A stretch of 64,000 bases of DNA from an uncultured Gemmatimonadaceae bacterium (GCA_964449145.1 CAYUYF010000003.1:30189-94188); one strand, 5' to 3'. Numbered from the stretch's first letter, positions 27,430-36,923 are shown. The notes: generated by a model not told the origin, from the letters alone. A program made the numbers and translations.

Positions 27430-29543
27430 CAGAACGGCTGCCCGAAGCTGAAGTGATAGGTCAGCCGGCTGCTCCGCTCCTGCACAAAGTCCGTCTGCAC
27501 CAGCTGCAGCGTGCCGTCATTCCGCTGGAGGTACAGCGCCCCCGGCGGCTGGCTGTAGCCGTTGTAGCCCACGTCGAATCGGGCGGGGCCGAGCGGAGTG
27601 TTGAGCCGAAGCCCGAGGCCAGGGGTGACCCGGATCTGCACCGGGGCGAATTCACTCTTGCCGCGCTCGTAGAGGGTGCCCGCGTCGATGAACGCTGCCA
27701 GCCTGAGCCGCGAGCGCCAGAAGGGGGCGGGCACCCGGAGTTCCACCTGCCCCACCGCCAAGGTGTTCCCGCCCGTCGCCGAGAATCTCGGCCGGAGGGT
27801 GCCGGCCGCCAGGGCCGCGGAGTCGGCCGCAGTCAGAGTATCGCGGCTGAGCACGTAGACCACCGGCCCCAGGCCGTTGCGCTCGAAGCCCCGGACGTCG
27901 TTGGCCCCGCCAGCATAGAACCGCTCTTCCGGCGGGATGAAGTTCCCGGTGGCGCTGTCCAGGCTGACCTGGGGACTGAAGATGGCCCCCGCCCGCAGGT
28001 GCCAGCTGAGCACCGCTCCCGACCGCCCCAGCGGCTGGTACCAGGCGGCGTCTCCCGTCACTCGCGTGAACGTCTGCAAGGCGGCGGAGCCGGTGAAGCG
28101 GGAGCTGTGGCTCATGCTGAACGCGTACAGATGCCCGCGGGAGGGATCGAGCGGATTGTTGGCACGGGGCCAGCTGATGCCCCCGGTGATCACGCCCAGG
28201 AGGCGGCGCTCGCGGAGCCGGGCGGCGTCCTCGGGGGTGCAGGCGTTGAAGAAGGCGCAGAAAGTGCCGGGGCTGGCCTCGGTGCCACCGAAGGAGAGCC
28301 GGTAGGCCAGCGTCACCGGGACCGCCCGGGCCGTCTCGCGCCGGAGCCCCAGGCTCACGCCGACCTCCTCGCGCCGGTAGATCGCAAATTCGGATCGCCG
28401 CTCCGCGAAGAGGCTCAGCGTGCCGGTGATGTCCGGCGTGAAGAACCGGGGCTGCCGCACCGAGGCGGTGACGTTGTAATTGGCCAGGGCGGAGCCGATG
28501 GGGTCGTCCTTGAGCCCGGAACAGATCGAGTTCTCCAGCCCGAACCCCAGCGGGTCGCCCACGCCGACCTTGGACACCCGGGCGCTGATGTCGAGCAGCC
28601 GCCCGGTGCCCAGCAGGTTGCGATGGGTCCATCCCCCGCCCCCGCGGAAACAGTCATTGGTGGCGAACCCGACCCCCCCGCGAATGCGGTGGGGTGGCCC
28701 CTCGGCCACCTGCACGGTGATCGGCACCTCCGTGCTGTCGGCGGAGTAGCTGCTGGAGTCGATCGTCACCGTGGCCAGCCGGAACAGCTCGGTGGTGTAG
28801 AGCTTCCGCTGGCTCTGGAAGATGTCCTTCTGGGAAAAGCGGGCGCCGGGGCGCACCGCCAGCAGCTGGCGCACAAAGGTGGTGTCGACCTCGGCCGCAC
28901 CCTCGACCCGCACGGTGCCGAACCGGGCCGAGACGCCAGGGTCAACCAGGAGGGAGATCGCGGCGGTCCGTGCCTGACGATCCACGGTGTAGTTCCGGAA
29001 CACCTCCACCGCCGGATAGCCCTGATCGCGCAGCCGGGCGCTGATCGTGTCCGCACTGGCCTGAAAGAGGAAGCGGTCGAACGGAGCCCCCGGTTTCAGG
29101 GGCAACGCCTCGAGGATGGCCTTCCGGCCGGAGATGGAGTCGAGGCCACCCACCGCGAGCGTCGTCACCCGGACCGGGGCGCCCTCGGTGATCTGGAACG
29201 TCAGGTGAACCGACTCCCCGTCACGCCGCACCAGGGTATCCACTTTCACCTCGAGAAACCCGCTCTGCCGGTAGAACAGTGTCAGGCGCAACACATCACG
29301 GCGGAACTCCACCGGATCGAAGTAGCGCTTCTCGCCCAGCCCGATCCAGCGCACCAGGCCCGAACGGGCAAACCAGCTGGAGTTGGTCGTCCCGATGGCG
29401 ATGCTCAGGGAATAGTCCGGAATGGACTTGTTGCCTTCGAACCTGAGGCCGCGCACCACCGGCGCACGCGCTTGTGCGGCAAGTGTCGGCACCGCAAGGA
29501 CGATGGCGGCGAGCACCCCGAACAGCCGCGCTCGGCGCGTCAC
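27429..29543 (-). CDS. tamA: Omp85-family outer-membrane protein assembly factor (TamA/BamA-like; POTRA repeats + beta-barrel)
   Basis: 704 aa with a GTG start and signal peptide (LFGVLAAIVLAVPTLAAQA). It has POTRA-like repeats and a barrel with the VRGF motif (YAGGANDVRGFERN). The C-terminus ends in F (FSFGQPF). It is paired with tamB. The symbol rests on that pairing only. Confidence 0.8.
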   Translation of the reverse strand: MTRRARLFGVLAAIVLAVPTLAAQARAPVVRGLRFEGNKSIPDYSLSIAIGTTNSSWFARSGLVRWIGLGEKRYFDPVEFRRDVLRLTLFYRQSGFLEVKVDTLVRRDGESVHLTFQITEGAPVRVTTLAVGGLDSISGRKAILEALPLKPGAPFDRFLFQASADTISARLRDQGYPAVEVFRNYTVDRQARTAAISLLVDPGVSARFGTVRVEGAAEVDTTFVRQLLAVRPGARFSQKDIFQSQRKLYTTELFRLATVTIDSSSYSADSTEVPITVQVAEGPPHRIRGGVGFATNDCFRGGGGWTHRNLLGTGRLLDISARVSKVGVGDPLGFGLENSICSGLKDDPIGSALANYNVTASVRQPRFFTPDITGTLSLFAERRSEFAIYRREEVGVSLGLRRETARAVPVTLAYRLSFGGTEASPGTFCAFFNACTPEDAARLRERRLLGVITGGISWPRANNPLDPSRGHLYAFSMSHSSRFTGSAALQTFTRVTGDAAWYQPLGRSGAVLSWHLRAGAIFSPQVSLDSATGNFIPPEERFYAGGANDVRGFERNGLGPVVYVLSRDTLTAADSAALAAGTLRPRFSATGGNTLAVGQVELRVPAPFWRSRLRLAAFIDAGTLYERGKSEFAPVQIRVTPGLGLRLNTPLGPARFDVGYNGYSQPPGALYLQRNDGTLQLVQTDFVQERSSRLTYHFSFGQPF

Positions 29544-29588
29544 AAAATCAGACAGGCGAGGGGCCCGCCGGCGGGCCCGAAGGCAGAA

Positions 29589-29617
29589 TTGACGACATGG
29601 TCCAAGTGCTGTAGGAT
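29589..29617 (+). promoter_or_regulatory. candidate sigma-70-type promoter for dacB (TTGACG-17 nt-TAGGAT)
   Basis: TTGACG at 29589-29594, a 17-nt spacer, TAGGAT at 29612-29617. It lies 54 nt upstream of the dacB ATG. Pattern match only. Confidence 0.4.
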
Positions 29618-29670
29618 GGCGGGGTTAGCGGAGAGAGTCAACGCATTTCACACTCTGGTCTGGGGGCTGG

Positions 29671-31266
29671 ATGAAAATCACATGGCTGACCGCCCATCCG
29701 GGTGCGCGTCGGCGGGCGCCAGACCGCGTTGGAATACCCGCCAGAACACCGCGCCGGTATCTGGGCATCGCCCTGCTGATGATGTTCATGCTGGCACCCG
29801 CCGGGGGGAGCCTGACCGCCCAGGCTCTTTCCCGCCGGGCCGTCCGGCAGCTGGATTCGCTGCTGGATGCCGAGCCGTTTCATCGCACCCTCTGGGGGGT
29901 GGCGCTGGTGGACGAGAAGGGCCGGCTCCTCTTCGGCCGCAACGCCGACCGGCTCTTCGTCCCCGCGAGCAACACCAAGCTCGTTGTCAGCGCCGTCGCC
30001 TCGGCGCTGCTGCCCGGCGACTGGACCGTCCCGACCAGCGTGTACGCGGCTGGCCCGGTGTCGGGGGGAATCGTCCAGGGAGACCTGGTCCTCTACGGCC
30101 GGGGAGACCCCACCTTCGGCCGCCGCTGCTACGCCACCGACACGACCCTGCCCGGCGCCTGCGACACCGACCCGGCGGCGCGGCTGCGGCTGTTGGCGGG
30201 GCGGCTGAAAGACGCCGGGATTCGGGTCGTCCTGGGAGACCTGGTAGGCGACGGGAGCTGGTTCGACGGAGAACTCATCCATTCCGGCTGGAACGCGTAC
30301 GACCTCAACTGGTGGTACGCCGCCCCGGTTTCCGGGCTGGGATTCAACGACAACAGCGTGGATATCACCTGGCGTCCGGGGCCAGCGGTGGATGCCCCCG
30401 CCATGCTGAGCGTCGATCCCGATCTGGGTGACGTCACCCTGGAAAACCGGACCCGCACCGTGGAGATGGGCGGCGAAACCGACATCGGCGACCGCATGTT
30501 CCGCGAACCGGGGACGCTGGGCCTGTGGGCCGAAGGCACCGTGGCCCTCGATAACACGGGCGGCGTCGAGTCCTACGCCATGCCGGACCCGAGCCTGTTC
30601 ACGGCCCGCGCCTTCCGGCGGGCACTCGCCGAGGCCGGCATTGCCGTGCTCGGCACCACCCGGAGCACCACGGACTCGCTCCGCTATCTGGCCGCGCGGC
30701 AGGCGCCGCCACTGGCCGAGGTCACCGGGCGGCCGCTCCGCGACTGGGTGTTTCCGATCCTCAACACCAGCCAGAACTGGTACGCCGACATGCTGCTCAA
30801 GCAGCTGGGTCGGCAGTTCGGCGATGGGGGCGGCTGGCCGGGCGGCCTCGCGGTGGAGCGACGCTTCCTGGTGGACTCCATGCAGATTGATTCCACGCTG
30901 TTCGCCCTCTCCGACGGGTCGGGGCTCTCGGCCGCGAACCTGGTGTCCCCTCTCGCCTTTACCCGGCTGCTCGCGTTCATGCGGCGGCACCCTGGCTACG
31001 CCACCTTCGCCGCCGGCCTGCCCAGGGCGGGCCAGACCGGCTCCCTGCGCAACCGCTTCCGCGACACCCCGCTGGCCGGGAGCGTGGCGGCCAAGACCGG
31101 CAGCATCGCACGAGTGAATACCCTGTCGGGGTACTTCACCCTCCCCGATGGCCGGACGTTCACCTTCTCGGTGCAGGCCAACCATCAGACCGCCGGCGGG
31201 CGGCGCACCATCGCCCAGATCGACAGTGTGGTCGTGGCGATGGCGCGCGCCCTGACCCGGCGATAG
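29671..31266 (+). CDS. dacB: D-alanyl-D-alanine carboxypeptidase/endopeptidase, PBP4 (peptidase S13)
   Basis: Signal peptide, active-site SxxK (PASNTKL), SGxN-like LSDGSGLS, and KTGS (AAKTGSI). Confidence 0.9.
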   Translation: MKITWLTAHPGARRRAPDRVGIPARTPRRYLGIALLMMFMLAPAGGSLTAQALSRRAVRQLDSLLDAEPFHRTLWGVALVDEKGRLLFGRNADRLFVPASNTKLVVSAVASALLPGDWTVPTSVYAAGPVSGGIVQGDLVLYGRGDPTFGRRCYATDTTLPGACDTDPAARLRLLAGRLKDAGIRVVLGDLVGDGSWFDGELIHSGWNAYDLNWWYAAPVSGLGFNDNSVDITWRPGPAVDAPAMLSVDPDLGDVTLENRTRTVEMGGETDIGDRMFREPGTLGLWAEGTVALDNTGGVESYAMPDPSLFTARAFRRALAEAGIAVLGTTRSTTDSLRYLAARQAPPLAEVTGRPLRDWVFPILNTSQNWYADMLLKQLGRQFGDGGGWPGGLAVERRFLVDSMQIDSTLFALSDGSGLSAANLVSPLAFTRLLAFMRRHPGYATFAAGLPRAGQTGSLRNRFRDTPLAGSVAAKTGSIARVNTLSGYFTLPDGRTFTFSVQANHQTAGGRRTIAQIDSVVVAMARALTRR

Positions 31267-31273
31267 TACTCCC

Positions 31274-31756
31274 GTGCAGATCATCCTCATCCGCCACGCC
31301 GACGCCGGCGACCGCGACCCGGCCTTCTGGCCCGATGACAGCACGCGGCCGATGTCCGCCAAGGGCGCCAGACGCCACCGCCGGGCCATCAAGCGCCTGC
31401 GCCGCTCGGGCCTCATCCCGACCTTCGTGCTTTCGAGTCCCTGGGTTCGCGCCTGGCAAACCGCCGAGCTGACCGCGAGCCGGCTGGGCACCCCCGCGCC
31501 GGTCGCCTGTCCGGCGCTGGCGGACACGCCGGACCTTGCGGCACTGGCCGATGCCGTCGGACCCCAGCCCCCCGAAGCGATCGTGGCCCTGGTGGGGCAC
31601 GAGCCGTGGCTGGGAGAACTGGCCGCGCTGCTCCTGACCGGAGACTCCGGCGGAGTAGCGATTGATTTTCCCAAGTCCGGAATCCTCGGTTTGGATGCCG
31701 AACGGTTCGCGGCTGGCGCGGGGTCGCTGCAGTTCTTCTGGCGGCCGAAGGAGTGA
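31274..31756 (+). CDS. sixA: phosphohistidine phosphatase SixA-like (histidine phosphatase superfamily)
   Basis: 160 aa with a GTG start. The RHG-type motif is ILIRHADAG, and VGHEPWL is present. Size and motifs fit SixA. Confidence 0.8.
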   Translation: MQIILIRHADAGDRDPAFWPDDSTRPMSAKGARRHRRAIKRLRRSGLIPTFVLSSPWVRAWQTAELTASRLGTPAPVACPALADTPDLAALADAVGPQPPEAIVALVGHEPWLGELAALLLTGDSGGVAIDFPKSGILGLDAERFAAGAGSLQFFWRPKE

Positions 31757-31850
31757 GCGGCCGGCACCACACCGGCCAATGAGCGCGCAGCACGCTGCAT
31801 GCGTCGTCGCCTGATGGCTGAGAGCGGATCGGCGTCATTACTTTCCCCCC

Positions 31851-33224
31851 ATGCCCAGCCCGTCTCCCCTTCGCGTCGCAATCGTCGGCACCGGTCCGTC
31901 CGGATTCTATGCGGCCGAGCACCTGCTCAAGCACGGCACCGACGCCACGATTGACCTCTTCGACCGGCTGCCGACACCGTTCGGGCTGGTGCGCGGCGGT
32001 GTCGCGCCGGATCACCAGAAGATCAAGTCGGTCACCCGGGTGTTCGAGCGGATCGCCGCCGATCCGCGGGTGCGCTTCTTCGGCAACGTGCTGATCGGCC
32101 GCGACCTCACCCGCGCCGAGCTGCGAACGCACTACCACGCCATCATCTATGCCTGCGGGGCCCAGAGCGACCGTTCCCTGGGCATCCCGGGTGAAGCGCT
32201 GGCCGGCAGCCACCCCGCCACCGATTTCGTCGGCTGGTACAACGGTCACCCCGACTACCGCGAGCGGCAATTCGATCTCACCAAGCCGAACGTGATCGTG
32301 ATCGGCATGGGCAATGTGGCCGTCGATGTGGTACGGATTCTGGCGCGCACTCCCGGGGAGCTGGAACGCACCGACATCGCCGACTACGCCCTCGACGCCT
32401 TGCGGACGAGTGCGATCCGCGACATCTACATGATCGGGCGGCGAGGTCCGGTGCAGGCCGCCTTCACCCACCCGGAGCTGAAGGAGCTGGGAGAGCTGCC
32501 GGGCGCCGGCATCCACGTGCGGCGCGAGGACCTCGAACTCGACGCCGGCTCGGCCGGCCAGCTCGCGGCCGGAACGGAGAAGACGGCGGAGAAAAACCTC
32601 GCCACCTTGCGGGAGTTCGCCGCGCGCCCCGCCGCGGACAAGCCCCGGACGATCCACCTGCGCTTCCTCGAGTCGCCGGTCCGGCTGGAGGGTCAGGCGC
32701 GGGTTGAGCGCATCGTCCTGGGCCGCAACCGCCTGGTGGCGGGCCACGGTGGGGACCTTCGCGCCGAGCCCACTGGAGAGACCGACTCGCTCCCGGCGGA
32801 TGTGGTCTTTCGCTCGGTCGGCTATCTCGGCACTGGCATTCCCGAAGTGCCCTTCGACCCGAAGCGGGGCATCATTCCGAGCGCCCGGGGACGGGTGCAG
32901 GACGGAGCCGCTGCGGCACGGGGCGAGTATGCGGTGGGCTGGATCAAGCGCGGACCGAGCGGCGTCATCGGCACCAACAAGCCCGATGCCGCGGAAACCG
33001 CGGGGCTGGTGCTGGAAGATGCCGGGGCCGGCAGCCTCCGAGCGGCCGTCCCCGCCCCGGAGGCCATCGACCGCTTGCTCGCCGAACGCGGCGTGCGGGT
33101 GGTCCGCTGGAGCGACTGGCAGCGACTGGACCAGCTGGAGCAGTCCCGGGGAAAGTCGGCGGGCCGGCCGCGGGTCAAGTTCACCCAGATCGACGAAATG
33201 CTGGACCGGGCGGGCGTTCCCTAG
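31851..33224 (+). CDS. FprA/adrenodoxin-reductase-type ferredoxin-NADP(+) reductase
   Basis: FAD-binding VAIVGTGPSGFYAAEHLL, GLVRGGVAPDH, a second Rossmann IGMGNVAVDV, and GWIKRGPSGVIGTN. Confidence 0.88.
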   Translation: MPSPSPLRVAIVGTGPSGFYAAEHLLKHGTDATIDLFDRLPTPFGLVRGGVAPDHQKIKSVTRVFERIAADPRVRFFGNVLIGRDLTRAELRTHYHAIIYACGAQSDRSLGIPGEALAGSHPATDFVGWYNGHPDYRERQFDLTKPNVIVIGMGNVAVDVVRILARTPGELERTDIADYALDALRTSAIRDIYMIGRRGPVQAAFTHPELKELGELPGAGIHVRREDLELDAGSAGQLAAGTEKTAEKNLATLREFAARPAADKPRTIHLRFLESPVRLEGQARVERIVLGRNRLVAGHGGDLRAEPTGETDSLPADVVFRSVGYLGTGIPEVPFDPKRGIIPSARGRVQDGAAAARGEYAVGWIKRGPSGVIGTNKPDAAETAGLVLEDAGAGSLRAAVPAPEAIDRLLAERGVRVVRWSDWQRLDQLEQSRGKSAGRPRVKFTQIDEMLDRAGVP

Positions 33225-33269
33225 CGAGAGCCCGGAACCTCCACGACCCACAGCCACACGAGTCCATCC

Positions 33270-34391
33270 ATGTCGCCACGCTTCGCGCTGCCTCACGTCC
33301 TGCTGCTGCCGCTGCTCCTGGTGGCGTGTGGCGCGCTTGGGCAGGCCTGGAACTCCCTGGGGAGCGAGCGGCCCCCCGCCCCACTGCGGGAAGCCACCAT
33401 CGCCAGCGACGCCCGGCTCGACAGCACCGGCGCCATCCTGGGGAGTTTCGTGGGGGAGGGGACCAGCCGGCAGGTCACGCTGGTCACCAGCGACACGACG
33501 CTGATCGCCGGGCTGGCCCGGCGCTACCGGCCCGAGCGCGACCGGCGCGGCGACATCTGGCAGTGGCTGACGGCCCGGGGACGGGTCGCGGTCAATATCG
33601 ATCCGGTGGACGACTCCGCCATGATGGCCGAGGCGATCATGGTGGGCTCTCCCCAGGGGCACACCCAGGTTCGGCTGCGTTCGCTGCTGCTGCGCGGCTC
33701 ACGCTGCGGCTGGCGGGGCAGCCAGGCCGAGCTGGTCGTCGAGCCGGCCCACAGCGGTGATCAGCCGTCCCTGCGGGGCCCGGTGGTCGGCTCGTTCCTC
33801 GACCCGCAGAGCTTCCTCGTGGTGCGCCGGCTGGAGCACCGCGCGCCGGTGGACGGCCCCAGCCCCGCCCTCACCGACTCGCTCCTGGAGTGGACGGCGC
33901 GGGCCATGGATTCCCTGCTCGCCTTGGAACTCAGCCCGCGCGACCTGCCGCTGGCGCGCGCCGCGGGCGGCGCGCTCAGCCTCAACGGCCTGGAGGACGA
34001 TGATGCCGCCGACGTGCTGTCCTTCCGCCTCGATGACGGCCGGATTCGCCATGCGGTGTCGCTGCGCGAGCGGCGCCGCACCGCCCGCGGGGTGGAGGCG
34101 CTGGCGGCCATCGTGATGATCTGGGATGCCACCGGCGCCTGGCGGCAGGTCGTGTTCCGGCCGACGCTGCTGGAATACCGCCGCCATCGCGCGGTCCGTG
34201 CCTACGCCGGCCTGACCGGCACCCACTTCTGGCGCCGACTGGAGCCGGTGAGCGGCTTCGCGTTCGGGCGGGACTACCTCTGGATGGAACAGGTGAATGT
34301 CGAGGATGACACCGTGCTCTGGCTCATGCTGGAGCCCCGTGGGAACACCATCGTGGCTGCGGCCGAGATGGAGGGTCCGTGTCGCGACTAG
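33270..34391 (+). CDS. hypothetical lipoprotein
   Basis: 373-aa ORF with a lipobox (LLLPLLLVAC at residues 11-20). I recognised no family motif. Its stop is overlapped by the GNAT gene start. Confidence 0.6.
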   Translation: MSPRFALPHVLLLPLLLVACGALGQAWNSLGSERPPAPLREATIASDARLDSTGAILGSFVGEGTSRQVTLVTSDTTLIAGLARRYRPERDRRGDIWQWLTARGRVAVNIDPVDDSAMMAEAIMVGSPQGHTQVRLRSLLLRGSRCGWRGSQAELVVEPAHSGDQPSLRGPVVGSFLDPQSFLVVRRLEHRAPVDGPSPALTDSLLEWTARAMDSLLALELSPRDLPLARAAGGALSLNGLEDDDAADVLSFRLDDGRIRHAVSLRERRRTARGVEALAAIVMIWDATGAWRQVVFRPTLLEYRRHRAVRAYAGLTGTHFWRRLEPVSGFAFGRDYLWMEQVNVEDDTVLWLMLEPRGNTIVAAAEMEGPCRD

Positions 34392-34936
34392 GGCCCGACA
34401 CCGGGGGCGCGCTGCGCCTCAGCACCGAGCGGCTGCTGCTGGCGCCGTTCGAAGCGCCGGCCATCCAGGCCCTGCTGGACGGCGACCAGCCGCTGCTGGA
34501 GCGCCTCACCGGGTTTCGCTTTCCCGCCCCGCTCGGTCCGCCGCCCCTGACCGAGGAGGTCCTGCCGCTGGTGCGCGACCGGCTCGAGGAGGACCCCACG
34601 AGCCTGGGCTGGTGGACCTGGCTCACGGTCGAACAGGCCACGAGCAGCGTCACCGGTGCCATCGGGTTCGGCGGCCCCCCGGATGCCGACGGCGCGGTGA
34701 TGATCGGCTACGCCACCTACCCGGGGGCGGCCTCCCACGGCTTTGCGACCGAAGCGACGCAGGCGCTGATTCGCTGGGCCCTGGCCCAGCCGGGAGTGGC
34801 CCGCGTCTGCGCCAGCATCCCGCCCGAAAACACTCCGGCCCGCCGGGTCGCCGAGAAAGTCGGCATGCGGGTGGCCGGGACGGTCTGGGAGGAAGAGATC
34901 GACGACGTGCTGCTCTACGAGATCAGGTCGCGCTGA
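34379..34936 (+). CDS. GNAT-family N-acetyltransferase (RimJ/RimL-like)
   Basis: 185 aa with a GTG start. LSTERLLLAPF is the typical RimJ/L N-terminus. The acetyl-CoA region is GYATYPGAASHGFATEA. PENTPARRVAEKVGM is also present. Confidence 0.8.
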   Translation: MSRLGPDTGGALRLSTERLLLAPFEAPAIQALLDGDQPLLERLTGFRFPAPLGPPPLTEEVLPLVRDRLEEDPTSLGWWTWLTVEQATSSVTGAIGFGGPPDADGAVMIGYATYPGAASHGFATEATQALIRWALAQPGVARVCASIPPENTPARRVAEKVGMRVAGTVWEEEIDDVLLYEIRSR

Positions 34937-34994
34937 GATCGGAGCAGCGGATCGCTGATTCGCCGAACCCTCTCCTGCCGACTATTTTGCCGCC

Positions 34995-35540
34995 ATGAAG
35001 ATCTATACTCGCACCGGCGACGCCGGCGAGACCGGGCTGTTCGGGGGCGATCGCGTGCCCAAGGACCACGTCCGGGTGGCGGCCTATGGCGACGTGGACG
35101 AACTCAACAGCGCCCTCGGCGTGGTCCGGGCCACCCCGCCGGTCCACTTCATGGACGACCTGCTCGAGAGCATCCAGCGAGACCTCTTTGCCCTCGGCGG
35201 CCAGCTGGCCACACCCGACCCTACCAAGGTGCGCGCCGCGCTCGAAAAGGCCGCGCTCGACGAATCGCGGGTGGCGGCCTTTGAACGGGTGATGGATGCA
35301 GCCGAACAGGAGCTGCCCGCCCTGCGGGCCTTCGTGCTCCCGGCGGGCACCCCCAAGGCGGCAGCCCTGCATCTGGCACGCACCGTCTGCCGCCGCGCCG
35401 AACGCCGTGTCGTGCACCTGGCCCGCGAGAGCGAGATTCCCGAGCTGTTCGTCGTGTACCTGAACCGGCTCTCGGACCTCCTCTTTACGCTGGCGCGTCT
35501 GGCCAACCACCGCGATGGGGCCGGCGACGTGACCTGGTAG
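34995..35540 (+). CDS. PduO-type ATP:cob(I)alamin adenosyltransferase
   Basis: MKIYTRTGDAGETGLFGG, YGDVDELNS, QRDLF, FVLPAG. Confidence 0.92.
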   Translation: MKIYTRTGDAGETGLFGGDRVPKDHVRVAAYGDVDELNSALGVVRATPPVHFMDDLLESIQRDLFALGGQLATPDPTKVRAALEKAALDESRVAAFERVMDAAEQELPALRAFVLPAGTPKAAALHLARTVCRRAERRVVHLARESEIPELFVVYLNRLSDLLFTLARLANHRDGAGDVTW

Positions 35541-35586
35541 CCTGCGACGGCACCCGGACACCCCACCCTCCCAAACCCGTCCTCCG

Positions 35587-36711
35587 ATGCCCATCATCCC
35601 CGTTCATCACGCGCTCGGACAGTACGATGTCGTCGTCGAGCCGGGGAGCCTGCTGACCCTGCCCGACCTGCTCGGGAGATCCCTGAGCCGGCGCAAACTG
35701 GTCCTGATCACCGACGACACCGTGGCCCGGTACTACGACGAATGGACCCGGGGCGGCGCCGATGCGCGGACCCCCACGGGAACGGCCGGCGGCCGGCTCC
35801 GCTGCGAGGCCCGGTTGAGTTTTCCCGCCGGCGAGTCCAGCAAGCGGCGGGAGACCTGGATTCACCTGTCCGATGAAATGCTGGCGCTGGGACTGGACCG
35901 TCAGGCGGGGATCGTGGCCCTCGGTGGCGGCGTCGTCGGCGACCTGGCGGGGTTCGTGGCCGCCACCTTCATGCGCGGCATCCCCTACGCCCAGGTCCCC
36001 ACCACGCTGCTGGCGATGCTCGACGCGGCGGTGGGCGGGAAAGTCGGCGTGGACACCCCACTCGGGAAGAACCTGATCGGCGCCTTCCACCCTCCGGCGG
36101 TGGTGGTGGCCGATCCGCTCACCCTCCTCAGCCTGCCCGAGCGGGTGTACCGCGCAGGGCTGCCGGAGGCGGTCAAGCACGGTCTGATCGCCGACGCCAG
36201 CTACTTCGGCTGGATCGAGGCGAACGTCAGGCCGCTGCTGGCCCGCGATGTGGACGTCCTGACCCACCTGATCCACCAGAGTGTCGCGATCAAGAGCGCC
36301 GTGGTAGGCGCCGACGAGCGCGAAGGTGGACGCCGGGCCATCCTCAACGCGGGCCACACGATTGCCCACGGCCTGGAGCAGGCCTCGGAGTACCGGCTGC
36401 CCCACGGCGAGGCGGTAAGCCTCGGACTGGTGGCGGAGTGCCGCATCGCGGAGCGCCTGGGCCTGGCACCCAGCGGGCTGGCCGAGCGGGTGCGCGCGGT
36501 ACTTCACGCGCTGGGGCTCCCCACCCAGTCCGGTGCGGAAATCCAGGTACCGCGGGCGCTCGAGGCGATGCAACTCGACAAGAAGAACCGCGACGGACAG
36601 GTCCGTCTGGCGCTCCCGACCGGGCTCGGCCAGATGCACGAAGGCGACGGGCGGTGGACGGTACCCGTCACGGTGGAGCTCCTGGCCAGCGCGGTGGCAG
36701 GTTTGGCCTGA
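35587..36711 (+). CDS. aroB: 3-dehydroquinate synthase
   Basis: GGGVVGDLAGFVAATFMRGIPYAQVPTTLLAMLDAAVGGKVGVD, NAGHTIAHGLE, HGEAVSLG. Confidence 0.93.
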   Translation: MPIIPVHHALGQYDVVVEPGSLLTLPDLLGRSLSRRKLVLITDDTVARYYDEWTRGGADARTPTGTAGGRLRCEARLSFPAGESSKRRETWIHLSDEMLALGLDRQAGIVALGGGVVGDLAGFVAATFMRGIPYAQVPTTLLAMLDAAVGGKVGVDTPLGKNLIGAFHPPAVVVADPLTLLSLPERVYRAGLPEAVKHGLIADASYFGWIEANVRPLLARDVDVLTHLIHQSVAIKSAVVGADEREGGRRAILNAGHTIAHGLEQASEYRLPHGEAVSLGLVAECRIAERLGLAPSGLAERVRAVLHALGLPTQSGAEIQVPRALEAMQLDKKNRDGQVRLALPTGLGQMHEGDGRWTVPVTVELLASAVAGLA

Positions 36712-36894
36712 TCCACATATCCCCGACCTGTTTTCCTCAGTTCGACACATCTCAACACTCCATAACTGCTTTTCTTTCAACAGCTTAGATAGCGCCTACC
36801 AGTTGGTAGGTCGCCCTCGAGGACCTCCACTGGGTGGATAAGTCCTGCAACGGACTGCCAATGAACGATTTGTGATGTGGAAATCATTTTCTGC

Positions 36895-36923
36895 TTGACC
36901 ACATTTTGAGGGCGTCCTATATT
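36895..36923 (+). promoter_or_regulatory. near-consensus sigma-70 promoter for the sigma-factor gene (TTGACC-17 nt-TATATT)
   Basis: TTGACC at 36895-36900, a 17-nt spacer, TATATT at 36918-36923. This implies a leader of about 70 nt containing a GCGGCC/GGCCGC hairpin (36938-36957) and a GGAG 5 nt before ATG 37000. Confidence 0.6.

Noticed and set aside
27453-30431. 992-aa plus-strand ORF, the longest unexplained ORF in the track.
   Set aside because: It runs antisense to tamA and then out of frame through dacB. Its translation is Arg/Gly/Pro/Ala-rich with no motif. By contrast, the opposite-strand and alternative-frame products carry clear Omp85 and PBP4 motifs. This is the typical GC-rich antisense artefact.
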